A DNA stretch of 64,000 bases from Lama guanicoe (Eukaryota): NCBI GenBank assembly GCA_013239625.1, contig MU053588.1, positions 3,314,799 to 3,378,798 of the forward strand, read 5' to 3'. Positions 36,511 to 48,675 of the stretch are shown one piece after another. Each line of letters starts with the position of its first letter. Position 1 is the first letter of the stretch. The position numbers and the translations under genes were made by a program. The notes under the pieces are model-generated. The model searched no databases. It had not been told where the DNA came from and saw nothing but the letters and a program-made list of their open reading frames with translations.

Positions 36511-37959
36511 CCGAGGGCAGATGAGACATCAGGGTCAGGCATGGAGACATCATGGTCAGGCAAGGGACTTGCAGGGAGAAGGGCACTGAAGTCATCAGGG
36601 CCAAATATGGTGGGAGTAGAGGAATAGGAGGGAACCTTTGGAATTCTGCCAATAACAAGGCTCGGAGAAGTGGAGTTGCCAAGCCAAGGTTACACAGCTG
36701 GCCAGGCAGAGTGAGGGTCTGGCCCTGCACAGACCCAAGCTTTCCCTCTCACCAGACAGATGCTGCTTTTTCTCTGGGGAAGCCTCTGGGAGTCAGAGAC
36801 CTAGGTTGTATCTATTTGGTGTTCTCCACACAAACCTCACAAGGGCCTGGTGTTTTTGGCACTGAGAAATCCATTGTCAGGATTTATGAAAACAAAATTC
36901 AGAGCATCCTACAGGTGGTGTGGTCTGGCAGTGGTACCCAACTGAAAAGTCAAAAATGCACATCTCGTTTAATGAGGCCCTTCATGAATGTAATAATACC
37001 TGGGCCAAGAGATACCCCTACACTGCACCCCCTGCCTGCCCATGCCTCACTGAGCTCAGCAGCCAGGATCTAACCACCTACTATGTGACTTCAAAGTTGA
37101 CACCTCTCCCACCATCATCAGTTGCTTTTGCAGAGATGCAGGCCTAGGACCTCTGGGACTTTCGAGAGGAGAAGCATGCATACGGTCAGTGTGACAAAGG
37201 CAGCGTGCGTGGGGGTAAGGAGAGTCGGGCTCTGGAATTGACCTGCCTGCTCTGAGCCACCTCAGGGTGCTCCTCTGAAAAGTGGGGGATAATAACAGCA
37301 TCTGAATTATTGGATCGCTGGGAAGATGCCAAGAGATGATGCATGGAGCACACGCCTGCACAGAGCAGGCACCAGGTAGCTGCTCTTATTACTTATGATA
37401 ATCATGGGACTGTCAACGAGCTGGAGGGGAGGGGTATAGGGGACTCAAGGGCATGACCAAGGCTGATTTGCCCTGTGCCCCTGGCTTGTGGCACAAGGTC
37501 TGGCACAGGGGGCCCTCTGTGAAGGTGTAGGACTGAATCATATTGAAGAGGCTTTGGCCGGGGGTGGGAGCATTGGGGAGGACAGGGGAGCTTAGCAGAG
37601 GGCCTGGCCTTTAATTTATTCTTCACCCCATTGACCTCCTCGTGAGGCCAGGCGGGCACTCCCATGAGCTCCCTTTTGCGTGGTGGGAGGCCACTGTTCC
37701 TTACTTCTCCTTTAGCAAACAGATCCTCCTAGGTGGCAGGCACTGGGAATGCAGCAGTACACACGTCAGACACGAATCAGTGTGGCTACTGTCACCATTC
37801 TAATCTGAATGTTGAGTGGTGGCTTCACTTGGACACATTATTAAATATAAATAAAATGAATAAGCAAATAAATAATGGAAGAAGGCTCTGCCCAGCCCAG
37901 TGATAGGAGTATGCTGTGAACCAGAGATTGTGATTAATGCAATTCTGTGCACCTGAGGC

Positions 37960-38405
37960 CCTTTAAAAAAAGAGGCTAAAACCAAAAAGGACAGACATAT
38001 TCCCTGTCCCCCGAGCATGAACATGCAAGTAAAGGCAGAGATGATAAACAAGCACATTAACACATGGAAACTCAAATGTTAGTGGCAAGTGCTGGAGGAA
38101 AATGCTACATGGTGAAAAATGGAGAGTGATGAGGAGAGGAAAGGCTATGTGAAGTGGGATGGTCAGAAAGACTTCTCTGTGGAGAGGACATGTCAGTAGA
38201 CTCCTGGAATACATGAAAGGATGCACTGCAGGAATATCTGGGGAAAGACAGCTCCAGGACAGCAGGAAGAGCAAGAGCAAAGGTCCTGAGGCACATCAGA
38301 GCTTGAGTTTGGGTTGCAGGAAAAGAAAGCCAGCCTGGAAGAAGTGAGCAAGTGGTGGAGAGTAATGGAAAGTGACATATTAGAGGCAGACAGGAGCCAG
38401 GTCGC
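37960..38405 (-). mobile_element. L2 LINE fragment
   Basis: ggatggtcagaaagacttctctgtggagaggacat...agcaaaggtcctgaggca. Confidence 0.7.
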
Positions 38406-38649
38406 AAGGCGGGGTCGAGGGGTGGGCAGTTAGGATAAGGAGTCTTGAAGATCTCTTACTTGGACAGCCTCCCTAAGGCTTCCTGGGCTTGGGCCGTTAG
38501 TACCCTGGACAGCGGCCTTGGCCTCTCGGAGCACTTGCAACCATGGGGCGCACCCTACCGAACCAAGACTTTTATTGAGATCTGCTTCTGGTCAGTGAAT
38601 TGGGGGTGGAGAGCAGGTGATACTGCAACACGTATGAATTGACCCCTGC

Positions 38650-39350
38650 CTGCAGGAAGCACAGTCATGTGAATGAGTCATCAATGTACAGTTTAATCAA
38701 TCTTCATCCAGTGAACATCTGTGTGATCACCACCGAGGTCTGTATAAAGGAGGCAGCCAGAGCCCAGGAGTCCCCATCCCTGTGTGTCCCTTTTCAAACC
38801 TTCCCCATCCCTCCCTCCCTGCTGTAGGTAATCATTGTCCTTATTTTGAGGGAGAATTATTTCCTTGATTTTCTTTATAGTTAGCTACCTGTGTCTAATT
38901 TAATTCAAAAATGAATGCAATCTCATTATAAAAACCAAAACCATAATGGAAAAGGTTAAAATCCCATTTGAGTCCCTTCTGCTTTCTCAGTTCTGGTCCC
39001 CTCACCAAAGGTAGCTTTCATTAGTTAATTAGTTACCCTCCAGACCTTCTTCTCTGTATTTGTCAATACCGGTACACCCAGAGAAAATATATAGTGTTTT
39101 GGATATATCTTTTACATAAATGATATTAAGTTATATAAATCATTGTGCAACTTGCCTTTTCATTCAGCAGTCTCTTTGAGAACTTTCCATGTCCATATCT
39201 GTAGGTCTGTTCCATTATCTTTCATGATCACATACAATTCTTAAGTGTGAATGTTACAATTTATTTAGGCACTGTTTTGGTGGCATCTGGTTCTGATTTT
39301 CTCTATTTCAAACCTTGATGTGATAAACACTTTGTGAACTTTTTGAAATC
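38650..39350 (-). mobile_element. Degenerate L1M(E)-like fragments
   Basis: AT-rich block with tgtacagtttaat...gtgaacatctgtgtgatcaccacc and tgtgcaacttgccttttcattcagc. Confidence 0.55.
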
Positions 39351-39399
39351 CCTGTGCATGGTGGCCGGCACTATATTTAAGATTAATGAAGTTCCCGTC

Positions 39400-39530
39400 A
39401 GCCCATGTTACTGCCCCCATTTCACAGATGGGGAGCCTGAGGCTCAGAGAGGTGAAGTCACTTGCCCAGGGTCACACAGCAAATGAATGGAGGAACCAGT
39501 TTCCAAACTCTCCAGTGTCTGACTCCCAAA
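39400..39530 (-). mobile_element. MIR SINE
   Basis: ccccatttcacagatggggagcctgaggctcagagaggtgaagtcacttgcccagggtcacacagc. Confidence 0.9.
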
Positions 39531-40024
39531 CCAACTCTTATATGCACCTGTACCACCTGTACAGATAACACAGCCTATGGGGCAGTGTCCTCATTCATCT
39601 GGGCCTATATGCAGACCACTTCTGGGCTCCACTCCCCAGGAACGAACCAACCCTGCTTTCCCTCAAGCCCTGCCCTGTGGGGGCAGTCTCACTGCAAAGT
39701 AATTTCAGCGCAGTTCAGTTAGTGCTAAGCCCAGGATGCTGCTTGGGTGGGCTGTGGGAAGACTGAGGCCATTACTATTAACTGGGCCACCAGTGGAGTC
39801 AGAGAAGGTTTCTAGAGAGGGGAGATTTGAGCAGAGGCTGCAAAGGCAGGTAGAATTTCACAGCAGATGCAGGAAACACAGAGGATGGGTATGCAGGGGA
39901 ACCCAAATTGTTGAACTGAGGAAGAAGGTGAGCTCTGAGGGCAATACTGGCAGAGGCCCATATCCACTTGAGCTTGGAAAGCCAGCCTTGGACTTCATTC
40001 TGTGGACCATGGAGAGCCTGGAAT

Positions 40025-40500
40025 ACATTCAATTAATAAGATTCAAGCATCTACTAAGTGCCAGGCACCATTTTAGGAGTGAATACCACAGCAAACAAGA
40101 TAAAAAAGGACGCCTACTTTCAGAGAGCTTACATTTCAGAGAGGGAAACAGATAGAAAAACAAGTCAACAGTAACTGAGTTCTGGAGAGTTCTATGAAGG
40201 AAATAACACTGGCTAATGAAGTAGAGAGGGGCTAAGGGAGGGCTTCTTGGAGGAGGCGGCCTTTGAGCTGAGTCTTGAATGATGAGAGGAAAGGGAAGAG
40301 ATGGGGAACAGCACTCTTAAGGGAGGGATCAGCAAGGTCAAAGGCACCAAGGTGGGGACAGACTTGACTTTCTCCAATGTGGCTGGCTTGTGGTACTCTC
40401 ATGGGAGAGATGAGGTCCTGCAGGGACCTGGAGGCCATGGTGAGGGGACTGGGTTTTCCTGGAGGCAGCAGGGTGCTACTGGAGGGCTTCTAGACCAAGG
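40025..40500 (-). mobile_element. L2 LINE fragment
   Basis: caagcatctactaagtgccaggcacc...ggagggcttcttggaggaggcggcctttgagctgagtcttgaa. Confidence 0.8.
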
Positions 40501-42139
40501 ACAAGGGCCCTGTGTTTCAGCCTTTGGACAGCTCCTTTGCACTGGGAGGGTGGAAGTGGCTGTAAGCCTGCAGAGTCAGTGCTGGGTGAGTGGGAGGTCT
40601 GTGCTGGAGTAGACTGTGCAGCAGAGGGATGGGTGGATGGTCCTGGGCCAAGACAGAGCCTCGTTAGAAGAAGGTCCAGGGCTAGGCACCTTCTTCTGTG
40701 GCTTCTTCAGATGCCCTGGGGGGGTATGGGGTGATGAGGCCAAGGACTCTGTTCTCAGGTTACCTACAGTATGAGACATGCACAAGCCAAGATGAGGAGC
40801 AGCAAGCCCAGCATAGCAGCTGAGGCAGAGGCGTTGGGGTCAGAAAGGCTCTGGGTCCGCCTTCTTCTAGTTTTGTGACTGTGGCCTCTAGTGTATTCAT
40901 CAGTCAGTCCATCTTGCCTGTTCTTGTTTCTTTGAAGCTACAGAATGTTAGAGCTGGAAGAAGTCTTAGGGTGCTCCTCTAGCCCACACTTCCCACTTTT
41001 AAATGGGGAAACTGAGGCCCAGAGAGTGCAGGGGGCTGACCCTAGGTCACCAAGTGGCCAGCTTTGGAATGGAGACCTGGTTGGTCTTTCAACCATTATC
41101 TTCTTTGAGTCTTTCACAGTGCATCTTGATTTCTTCTTGCTTGAGGTGAATTCCGGGGATTTCTGGTGGGTCTGGCAAACTGTGGGGTGTGGGGGAAGAA
41201 TGTGAGGAGTTTTTTGTGTCAATGTGAATTTATTAAGCATCTGCTGGCTTCCTGGTCCATAAACTTGGCTGCTTCCAAGATGCCTCTTGCTGGTCTTCCC
41301 CGTCACTGACCTGAGCATCTTCCCTCAGTCTGCTCCTCTTCCCACTGTTCATCAGTGGTGGCCTCAGCTTCCACTCAGCCACCCCACCCAGCTGCTCACT
41401 TGCAAGCCCATTCAAGTCCTGTAGACTCTCACTTAAATTTGTACCCTCATCTGCAACTTCATGGCCTCATTATCTGTTGTCTGGACAACTGTCCCAGCCT
41501 CCCATCTGGTCATCCTGCCTCCAGCTTCTATCCACCCGCCTGTCCTCACACCAGTCCCCAGTGGATCTCCCCTACACAGACTCTTCCTGCTCAAAAGACT
41601 TCCACCTACAACGTCAGATCCAGCCTCAATTTGGATATATGGCACCCTGTCTGGACCTTTCTCATCCTGGCTTGAACCCTCCCAACCTTTCTATGGCCGG
41701 AAATGCCCTTCTATGTCTGGGCCTCATCCTTGACTAGCGTTTACTGAGTCAGTGAAGGAGTATCAGGATATTTTCACCAACTCATCTTCCCCTCAGCTTG
41801 TGAGCCCCCTGAGGGCAGGTTTCAGATCCAGCTGGCACTAAGTCCTCAGCCCCCAGCCCATGGCTTGGCACTAAGGGACACGTAGGAAATGTTTAAATTG
41901 AAGGAAATGGGGAAGGGTTGGCTCACCTTCAGCCAGGAACTGATGGGTCAAGAGTCTAACACATTACTGAGTATAAAAACAAGCTCTAAGGACCATGGGA
42001 GTCAGGCTGTGGGCTGTGAGGAGATTCCAGTGTTCCTGAGTGAGCAGGGAGTGGTTGCCTGCTGTCTACTGGAGGATGGGGAGCAGTCAAAGCTCTAAGG
42101 AGGCCTATAGCAGAGTAGAGAAAGAGCAAGCTGTGGGGA

Positions 42140-42320
42140 GGACAAGTCTGAGTTTGAATCATGACTCCACCGCTCACATGCTGTGTGATGTGGGGCAAGT
42201 GACTTCACCTCTCTGAGCTCCAAATCATCAGTAAAATGAGGATGATAACATACGTTACCTCCTCAGATTGTCATGAAGATTAGATATAATGTATTGGCTC
42301 AACTAGCACAGAATAGACAG
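42140..42320 (+). mobile_element. MIR SINE
   Basis: gctgtgtgatgtggggcaagtgacttcacctctctgagc...gtaaaatgaggatgataac. Confidence 0.85.
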
Positions 42321-43029
42321 TGATGCTGCTGCTATTGATGATGATGGTGATGATGGAGAAGAAATATTTTAAGTTCCTGGATGCTGGCTGCTCCTAAGCA
42401 GAACGTGGGGTGGTTACAGCTTCGTCTAGACTTAGGGCCACTGGAGAAGCAGTTCTGAGGATGAAACAAGTATGTAAACAGGAAATGAAGGCTCAAGCCC
42501 CTAAGTCAGGCAGTGCTGGGGTAGGCCAGGCCAGGTTTTGATTCCAAGAGTATCAGAGGCCTAGTGGAGGATTGCATGGACCTGCAGCAGGACCAGCCAG
42601 ACATCCCTTTGTCTGTGTATCTGTCTGCCACCCTTCATCCTGCTTTCCTACGTGTTGGGGTCCCTAAGCCAGCTTTTCCTGAACTCCCACCCCTACCTAC
42701 CAGAGGCTGCCCTGGCCTAGGTTCTGCGAAGGCCAAAGTGATGAGATGCAGAGGGAGGTTAGTGTCAATGAATCTTAGGCCCAAGGTCACCTCCTGGCCC
42801 AACCATTGACCCACAGTGTGGCCTGCGGCCCAGTCTCCCTATCTCTTGCCAACCTGGGGGTCTGAGGGTCCTCTCCAAGCTCCCACATGTTACAGCCCTA
42901 CAGATGAGGCACTGCTTTGGGGAAACACTGCTTGGGTTCCCACACAGAGCGGGGACACCACCGGAGGCTGAGTGGAGAGTTTGCCAGACACAGCGGGATG
43001 CAGAAACAGGCTGGGGAACCAAGCCACAG

Positions 43030-43335
43030 AGAGGGTCCCCAGGGGCGGCCGAGAGGAAGAGGGCATGGCTGGGGGCCCTGAGGGGTGAAGAATCCTGCTC
43101 GGCTGTCCCCGGTGGGCTGGCTGCTCTCCCCCCCACTCCCCGCCGGGCCCCCAGGGGACCTCGCTCTAATAATGTATTTGATCGACTCGCCGGCCGCGTA
43201 CAAGCGATTATTGTCTTGTCGGGAGTCAAACGTATCGATCCGGTGAGAAATATGAGCGGAGCAATGGGGCCCGCGTGTCAGTTACCAGCCCCGCTGGCCC
43301 TGGGGAGCCCCCTACGTCTCCTTTAATTACCGCTC
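43030..43335. promoter_or_regulatory. Candidate enhancer about 2.4 kb upstream of the canonical ATG
   Basis: CpG-retaining island with TATCGATC, TTTGATCGA, TAAT/TAATTA cores and two EBF-like sites. Confidence 0.55.
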
Positions 43336-44539
43336 AGCCCTGAGCCCAGCCTGGCCTCCCCTGTGCTGGCTCCCTCCCAGGCTCCCTGCACCTCCAGTAG
43401 CCCCCTCTGCTCCCCAGCTCTCAGCCCTTACCTGCCTTGCTCAACATGGCTTGAAGCCTCTTCTCCAGCTGAGAGGCCACCATCTATCTTGCCTGGGCCT
43501 CCCTGTTTCCAGCTGCCAGGCCCTACCCACCCAGTGTGTCCCAAACTCCGCTCCTCTGTCCTCTCAGGCCCATTCTTCTTTAAGATGCCCTGATTCTAGC
43601 TTAGGGACTCAGTGGAGCCAGCATGGGAGGCAAGAGGGGTGGGGAGCGTGTAAGTCTTTCTCCAGCTCCCCCACTCAGCTGTAGACCTGGGAGGGCAGCA
43701 CCAGAATTGGGTGGTGCTTTGCTCCTTGCTTTGGGTTACATCCAAAAGCTCGGTCCTGACACGGATGATGTTGACTGTGTCCAGGGTGGAGCATGGAGGT
43801 GTTTTGGTAGGGTTCTGCCCACACCCCCAATGTCCTTATGACCCTCATTTGCAAGTCTCCCAAAACATAAATCCTAAGTAGAAACAGAGCTCACTGGGCA
43901 AATGCAACTTCAAGATAAGGCTTGAGAACCCCTGCCACCAGACTGCTGTCTGGGAGACCCTCATGTGTAAAAATCCTGCATCTGAGGGAGAGACAGGGAA
44001 AGAGGTGGGCCAGGAGGCAGGAAATCTGGGTTGCAGCCCAGTTAATGCTGTGTGGTCTCTGGATAGCCTCAGTGAAATGGCCTTTACAGTATGGAAATTT
44101 GTGGAGTGTTCATAGCTGGGAACTGTGCCCTCTGTGTGCAGAAGGACCATTGGTCATTTCCTTGGAGTGGGCCTGCCTGCCTGGGTGTGTCTGGGTGCAC
44201 AGGGCCAATGTACAGAAAGAAAGGCACCCATGAAGGTTTGCTTGTGTGTTATACTCTATGTGAGTGTGCATGCGTGTGAATGTGGGCACGCATAGTGAGG
44301 AGGTATGCCTGGGCACACTTGTGTGGATGTGCCCTTGTGCCGGTGTGCCACTTGAGGGAGCAGAGCAGGGCTCTGTGCATGGGAGTGTTGATAGGGAGGG
44401 TTGGTGTTAGGGCCTGTGCACCTAGAGGAGTGTTCTCGTGTGTCTGCATGTGCACACGTGTGTGAAGTGCTGGGGTCCATGTGTATAAATACTTGAGTGT
44501 GCGTATGTGAGTGAATCCAGGCGTCCCTGTGCACGCGCA

Positions 44540-45130
44540 TGGTTTGGGGGGTCCCCCGGCGAGGGGCGCAGCGAGTCCTGCAGGGCTGGGAGCCGGCAGG
44601 TCGGCTGTTCGGAGGCTCCAGGCGGCCCGGCAGCCTCGGACCGGGCACAGGGAGGAGGAAAAGGGCAGCGGGCTCGGCCGCGCCTTTGTCTGCGCCGCCG
44701 TGCGCCGGGAGTCCTGCGCCTTTGTGTGACCCTCGCAGGTGTGCGCGCGGGGGCGGGAGTTCGGGGGGAGACGGGGACCGGGAGGGAGGGGGGGCTCCCT
44801 CCTCCGCAGCCGGCCCCGCCCTCTGGCCCATTGGCTGGGTGCTGCCGCCCTCTGGCGGGCACGGAGGAAAGCGCTGGGCTGAGAGCGCCGCAGCGCGAAC
44901 GGCCAGCCAGCAGCCAGGGGACCAGGTGCTTGCCTCCACCAGAGCTCCTCGGGCGCCCACATTTGCCCCCTGGAAGACCTGGACCTGCTGCCGGCCCTCC
45001 CACTGCCCACGGGCACCACTTCCTCTCAGTGGTGGCCCTGAACGCCTCACCTGCGAACAGGTTCGAGGCTGGGTTCCCCATTCCCCACAGCGGTGCGGAA
45101 ACCTATCGCGAACGCCTCCTCCTGCCCTGC
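44540..45130. promoter_or_regulatory. CpG island upstream of the canonical POU2F2 first exon
   Basis: CpG-rich segment with a GC box (CCCCGCCC, about 44814), an inverted CCAAT (ATTGG at 44830) and a CTCF-like motif at 44846. Confidence 0.75.
44846..44858 (-). promoter_or_regulatory. CTCF core motif (CCGCCAGAGGGCG on minus)
   Basis: The reverse complement of CGCCCTCTGGCGG matches the CTCF core. Confidence 0.5.
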
Positions 45131-45539
45131 TTCTTGGTTTCGATGTTTCTTGGCTCTGGGCCCTTAGGGAGGCCACCTAACTTCTCTGGTCCTCAGTCTA
45201 TTTGTCTGTAAAATGAGGCAAATAGTGAGCACCTCAAGAGATGATGCATGTCTAGTGTGAGGTTCAGGGCCTGGCATTGGGAAAGGCCCTGCAAACTGCT
45301 AGCCGGTGTTTTAATGTTGTTGTTACGGTCCCATTTTTCTTCCCAGACCCACCAGCCATGTTCCATATGTGAAGGCAGCAGAAGGGCTAGAGGCGTCTCG
45401 TGGGGACACAGCTGTTGGAGTCAGCTCTTCCAGCGGGCTTGCTCTCCACCCCACTGCCCCCACTTCCCCAATACACACAGAAGATTTGGGGTCCGCTGCC
45501 TGCTGGGGTGGGCCTTCAGGTCAGGGTATTTTCCCTTCC

Positions 45540-45655
45540 GAAGGGGGCGGGCCCTGTGGTTTCCTCCCTGGGTGACTTCCGGAGGAGAGGGCTTTGCCCC
45601 CAGAGAGGGCGGGGAAATGACACAGTTGTTCCCCCAGCCCTGCGGGGCGGGCAGC
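45540..45655 (+). promoter_or_regulatory. TATA-less proximal promoter / 5' UTR of canonical POU2F2
   Basis: GC boxes at 45544, 45607 and 45644. RUNX TGTGGTTT at 45555-45562 overlapping an ETS-type TTTCCT. ETS ACTTCCGG at 45575-45582. All lie directly before the ATG. Confidence 0.7.
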
Positions 45656-45683
45656 ATGGTTCACTCCAGCATGGGGGCTCCAG
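45656..45683 (+). CDS. POU2F2: POU2F2 canonical first coding exon (MVHSSMGAP + 1 nt)
   Basis: agcATGG start. Translation equals the known Oct-2 N-terminus MVHSSMGAP. Donor CAG|GTAAGG at 45684. Confidence 0.96.
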
Positions 45684-48554
45684 GTAAGGGGCTGGGCCCG
45701 CACTATGGCGGGAGCACAGGCAGCACCTTGGGATTTGTCCCGCTGGGCGGGTCGTTGGCTCGCTCTGCCCTTCCTCTTTAGCTGTCTTCTCTACCCTTTC
45801 ACTCTGTACCTCAGCAGCTCCCCTTCTTCCCATCTGGGGTCCCCACCCCTCAGCTCCTCTTTCCTCTCCCCTTTCACATCAGCACCTGGGGGCTTCCACA
45901 GACAGACCTGCTTCTCCCCTTCTCTGTTGGTAGCAGGCATTGGTAGAAGGTGTTGGTAGCAGGCTGTTGTCTGGAGGACCAGCAGATGGGAGAGTTGCGT
46001 GATCCTCGGGAGGGGACTGCACAGGGTGCACAGGGGCTGGAAGGCTGAGCTACCGGACCTTTGAGTGAGTGGGTGCTTCTGTGTATGCACAAGTGAGCGG
46101 TAGTTCTGAATCTTCTGTGTGTGACTGTCAGGTGCCCCGTGTGTGAGGGGCTGTTGTGTGTGGCATTGTAGGGGTAGCCTTGGCGCTGCTCTCTTGATTC
46201 ACTTCCTCCCTTCATTTGTCTCAGATGTCCCCCTCCTCGGGATGACCTTTCCTGACCTCCCCATCTAAACTGCCAACCAGTCCCGCCATTCTCCAGCCCC
46301 TCGCCCTGCTCTATCTTTTCTTCATGGCACTTAATGCTTGCATGAAAATTTATTATGTTTGTGCGCTTATGAATTGCCTCCCCCACTGAATGTCAGTTGA
46401 CTGAGTGAACATCGTACGCCGAGTACCGTACAAAGCGATTTGTATTTGTTGGCTCATTTGGCATAATGTGTCCATCTGTGCATAATGATAGTTATCTCTG
46501 GGCGATGCTGATGGGAGAGTTAAGTGAGGTAATACGCTTAAAAGCTTAGCATGGGGGCCTGGAATGTGGCGAGCTTCCATACTTCATGGTTGTTTTGTTT
46601 GTAGCCCTATAGGTGTGACTACGGGTGTGTGTCCTATTCGTGGGTGTCTGTGGGGATGTCTTGGTTTGGCATGTGTCATTCTACGTGCATCAGTGTATGC
46701 TGGCATCCCTGTGATCCGTCATCAACATATATTTATTTGAGCAGTTCTATGCTGGATGTTGGAAATACAGATGAAAAAGGCAGCTTCAGATCTTTTCTCT
46801 TGGAGCCCCCAGTCCAATGTTGGGAGATAGATCTATCACCAGACAGGGGAGGAGGTCCAGGCAGATGGGTCAGGACTGGGGTATGTGGGAGGCACAGGGG
46901 GTTGGGGGAGCCCAGAAGACTTGCCCAATTCAGCATGGTCAAGTCAGGGAGGGCTTCCTGGAGGAGGGCATGTCTGGGCTGAGATGGGAAGAATGAGTGA
47001 GTATGAGCAGGGAAAGGAAGGTGAAGAGGGGCTTGAGATGGAAGGAAGACCACTTGCAGGATGATAAGTGATTATTTACTGAGGTGACCGTATGTGCAAC
47101 TGTGGATGTGTGTGTGCACACATACAATGTAGACATGGGGAGCCAGGGTGCCTGCACACACATGCCATTAGCTCCACCACTAACTCATCCCTCTCTGGGG
47201 TTGAATGGGGGCTTTGTATGTGCTGGACACTGGGTTAGGCCCTTTACTTGGGATTTCTCACAGAATTGCCCTGCCTTCGAGGCCTGCCCTAGGCTCCCCT
47301 ACCTGGACATGAATTAATACATGTGTGGCCTTGGGCAGATCACTCATCCTGCCTGATCCTGGGCTCCATATCTGTGGACTGGGTTCAGGGATCCACCCTG
47401 ACCATCTCCCAGGAGAGGTGACTCTGGGTGTGTGAGTATGTGCACATCCATGTGTGTATCTATCTGAGTGACCTCGGTATCTGTGTGTATGCTCATCTGT
47501 GTCTATCTGTATGTCTGAGTGATTCTGGGTGAATAAATGTGTACCTGTGTGTGTGTGTGTGTGTCTGAGTGGCCTGGGTGTGTGTGTATGTACATCTATA
47601 TCTATATCTATCAATATTTCTGTGAGTGACTGGGGTTTGTGCGTGAGTACGTGTCTGGGGGTGACTTGGGGGTGTGTGTGTGTGCGCACGCAGGTGTATC
47701 CACACATGTCTGGGTGTGTTTTGCATATCTGCCAGTGTCACTGTGTTTAGGCATGTGTCTTCATCTGCAGACATTCCTGTCTGGGATCTGTGCACACCTG
47801 CCCTGTGTGTTTGCATGGTCTTCGTCCATGTCTGGGGCTGTGGTGTGTGTACTGTGTGGCAGCTCTTGTCAGCACAGCTGTGGGGCCGCCTCTCTTGTTG
47901 TGTCTGCTGCCTGTATCTCCATCCCTCCTCCTGACACTCAGAAGTGTTCACTCCCTGGAGGCCAGCCCGGGACAGCTGTGGGGTGTGGGGGTGTGAAATG
48001 CTACTCCTGGGGAAGCCAGACTGGGCCAGTGGGTGAGCAGAGGTTCCCGGCAGTGCCGACCCTGCCCACAGGAGCTCCTAGGCCACAGCCTTGATTGAAG
48101 CAGGCTTTGGAGGCAGGGGACCCAAGGGACAGGCCAAGTGGGGCCAGGAGGGGTGAGGGGCAGCCCTTGGGCCCTCTATATTTAGCCCCATTTTCGGTAA
48201 GTGCTAACGAGAAGCTGGCCCAAGTCTGCTAAAACCGGCTGGGGGAAATGCAGAGGAGAAGTGAAAGTCCGTAGAGGGAGGGGTGAGGGAGGGCGGAGGG
48301 GACCCAGAGTCCCAGGCCTGGGGCAGTGGGGCAAGCGAGTGTGAGCCCAGGGGCGTGGCAGCCCTGGGTGGGTCTGACTCTAGGATGGTGGGATTCAAGA
48401 GGCCCAGTAGCCTCCTCATTGCTTTTCCCTGCATGTTCCTCTAAAAAGTTGCACACTGCCTGTGTTGGGAGAAGGCAGGGGTGACCCTAAGCAACCAGTC
48501 AACATTTCTGTGCAAATGAACTGAGGCTTTGAGGGGGGCTTCTGGAGGTGCCAG

Positions 48555-48675
48555 GGGGCTGGAACACATTAGAATCACCTGGAGGGAGGCTTTAAAAAAT
48601 TCAGATGCCTGGGTCTCACCCTGTCCCAATGAAATCAGAGTGTTGGGGGTGGAATTAGGTATCAATATTTCTCTA
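48555..48675. mobile_element. MER5-like hAT DNA transposon fragment
   Basis: cacattagaatcacctggagggaggctttaaaaaattcagatgcctgggtctcaccc matches the MER5A pattern. Confidence 0.75.

Noticed and set aside
44249..45211. Overlapping 200-300 aa ORFs on both strands
   Set aside because: CpG-island artefact with no homology or splice structure.
45524..45535. GGGTATTTTCCC as a promoter kappaB site
   Set aside because: It does not fit GGGRNWYYCC cleanly on either strand, so I left it uncalled.
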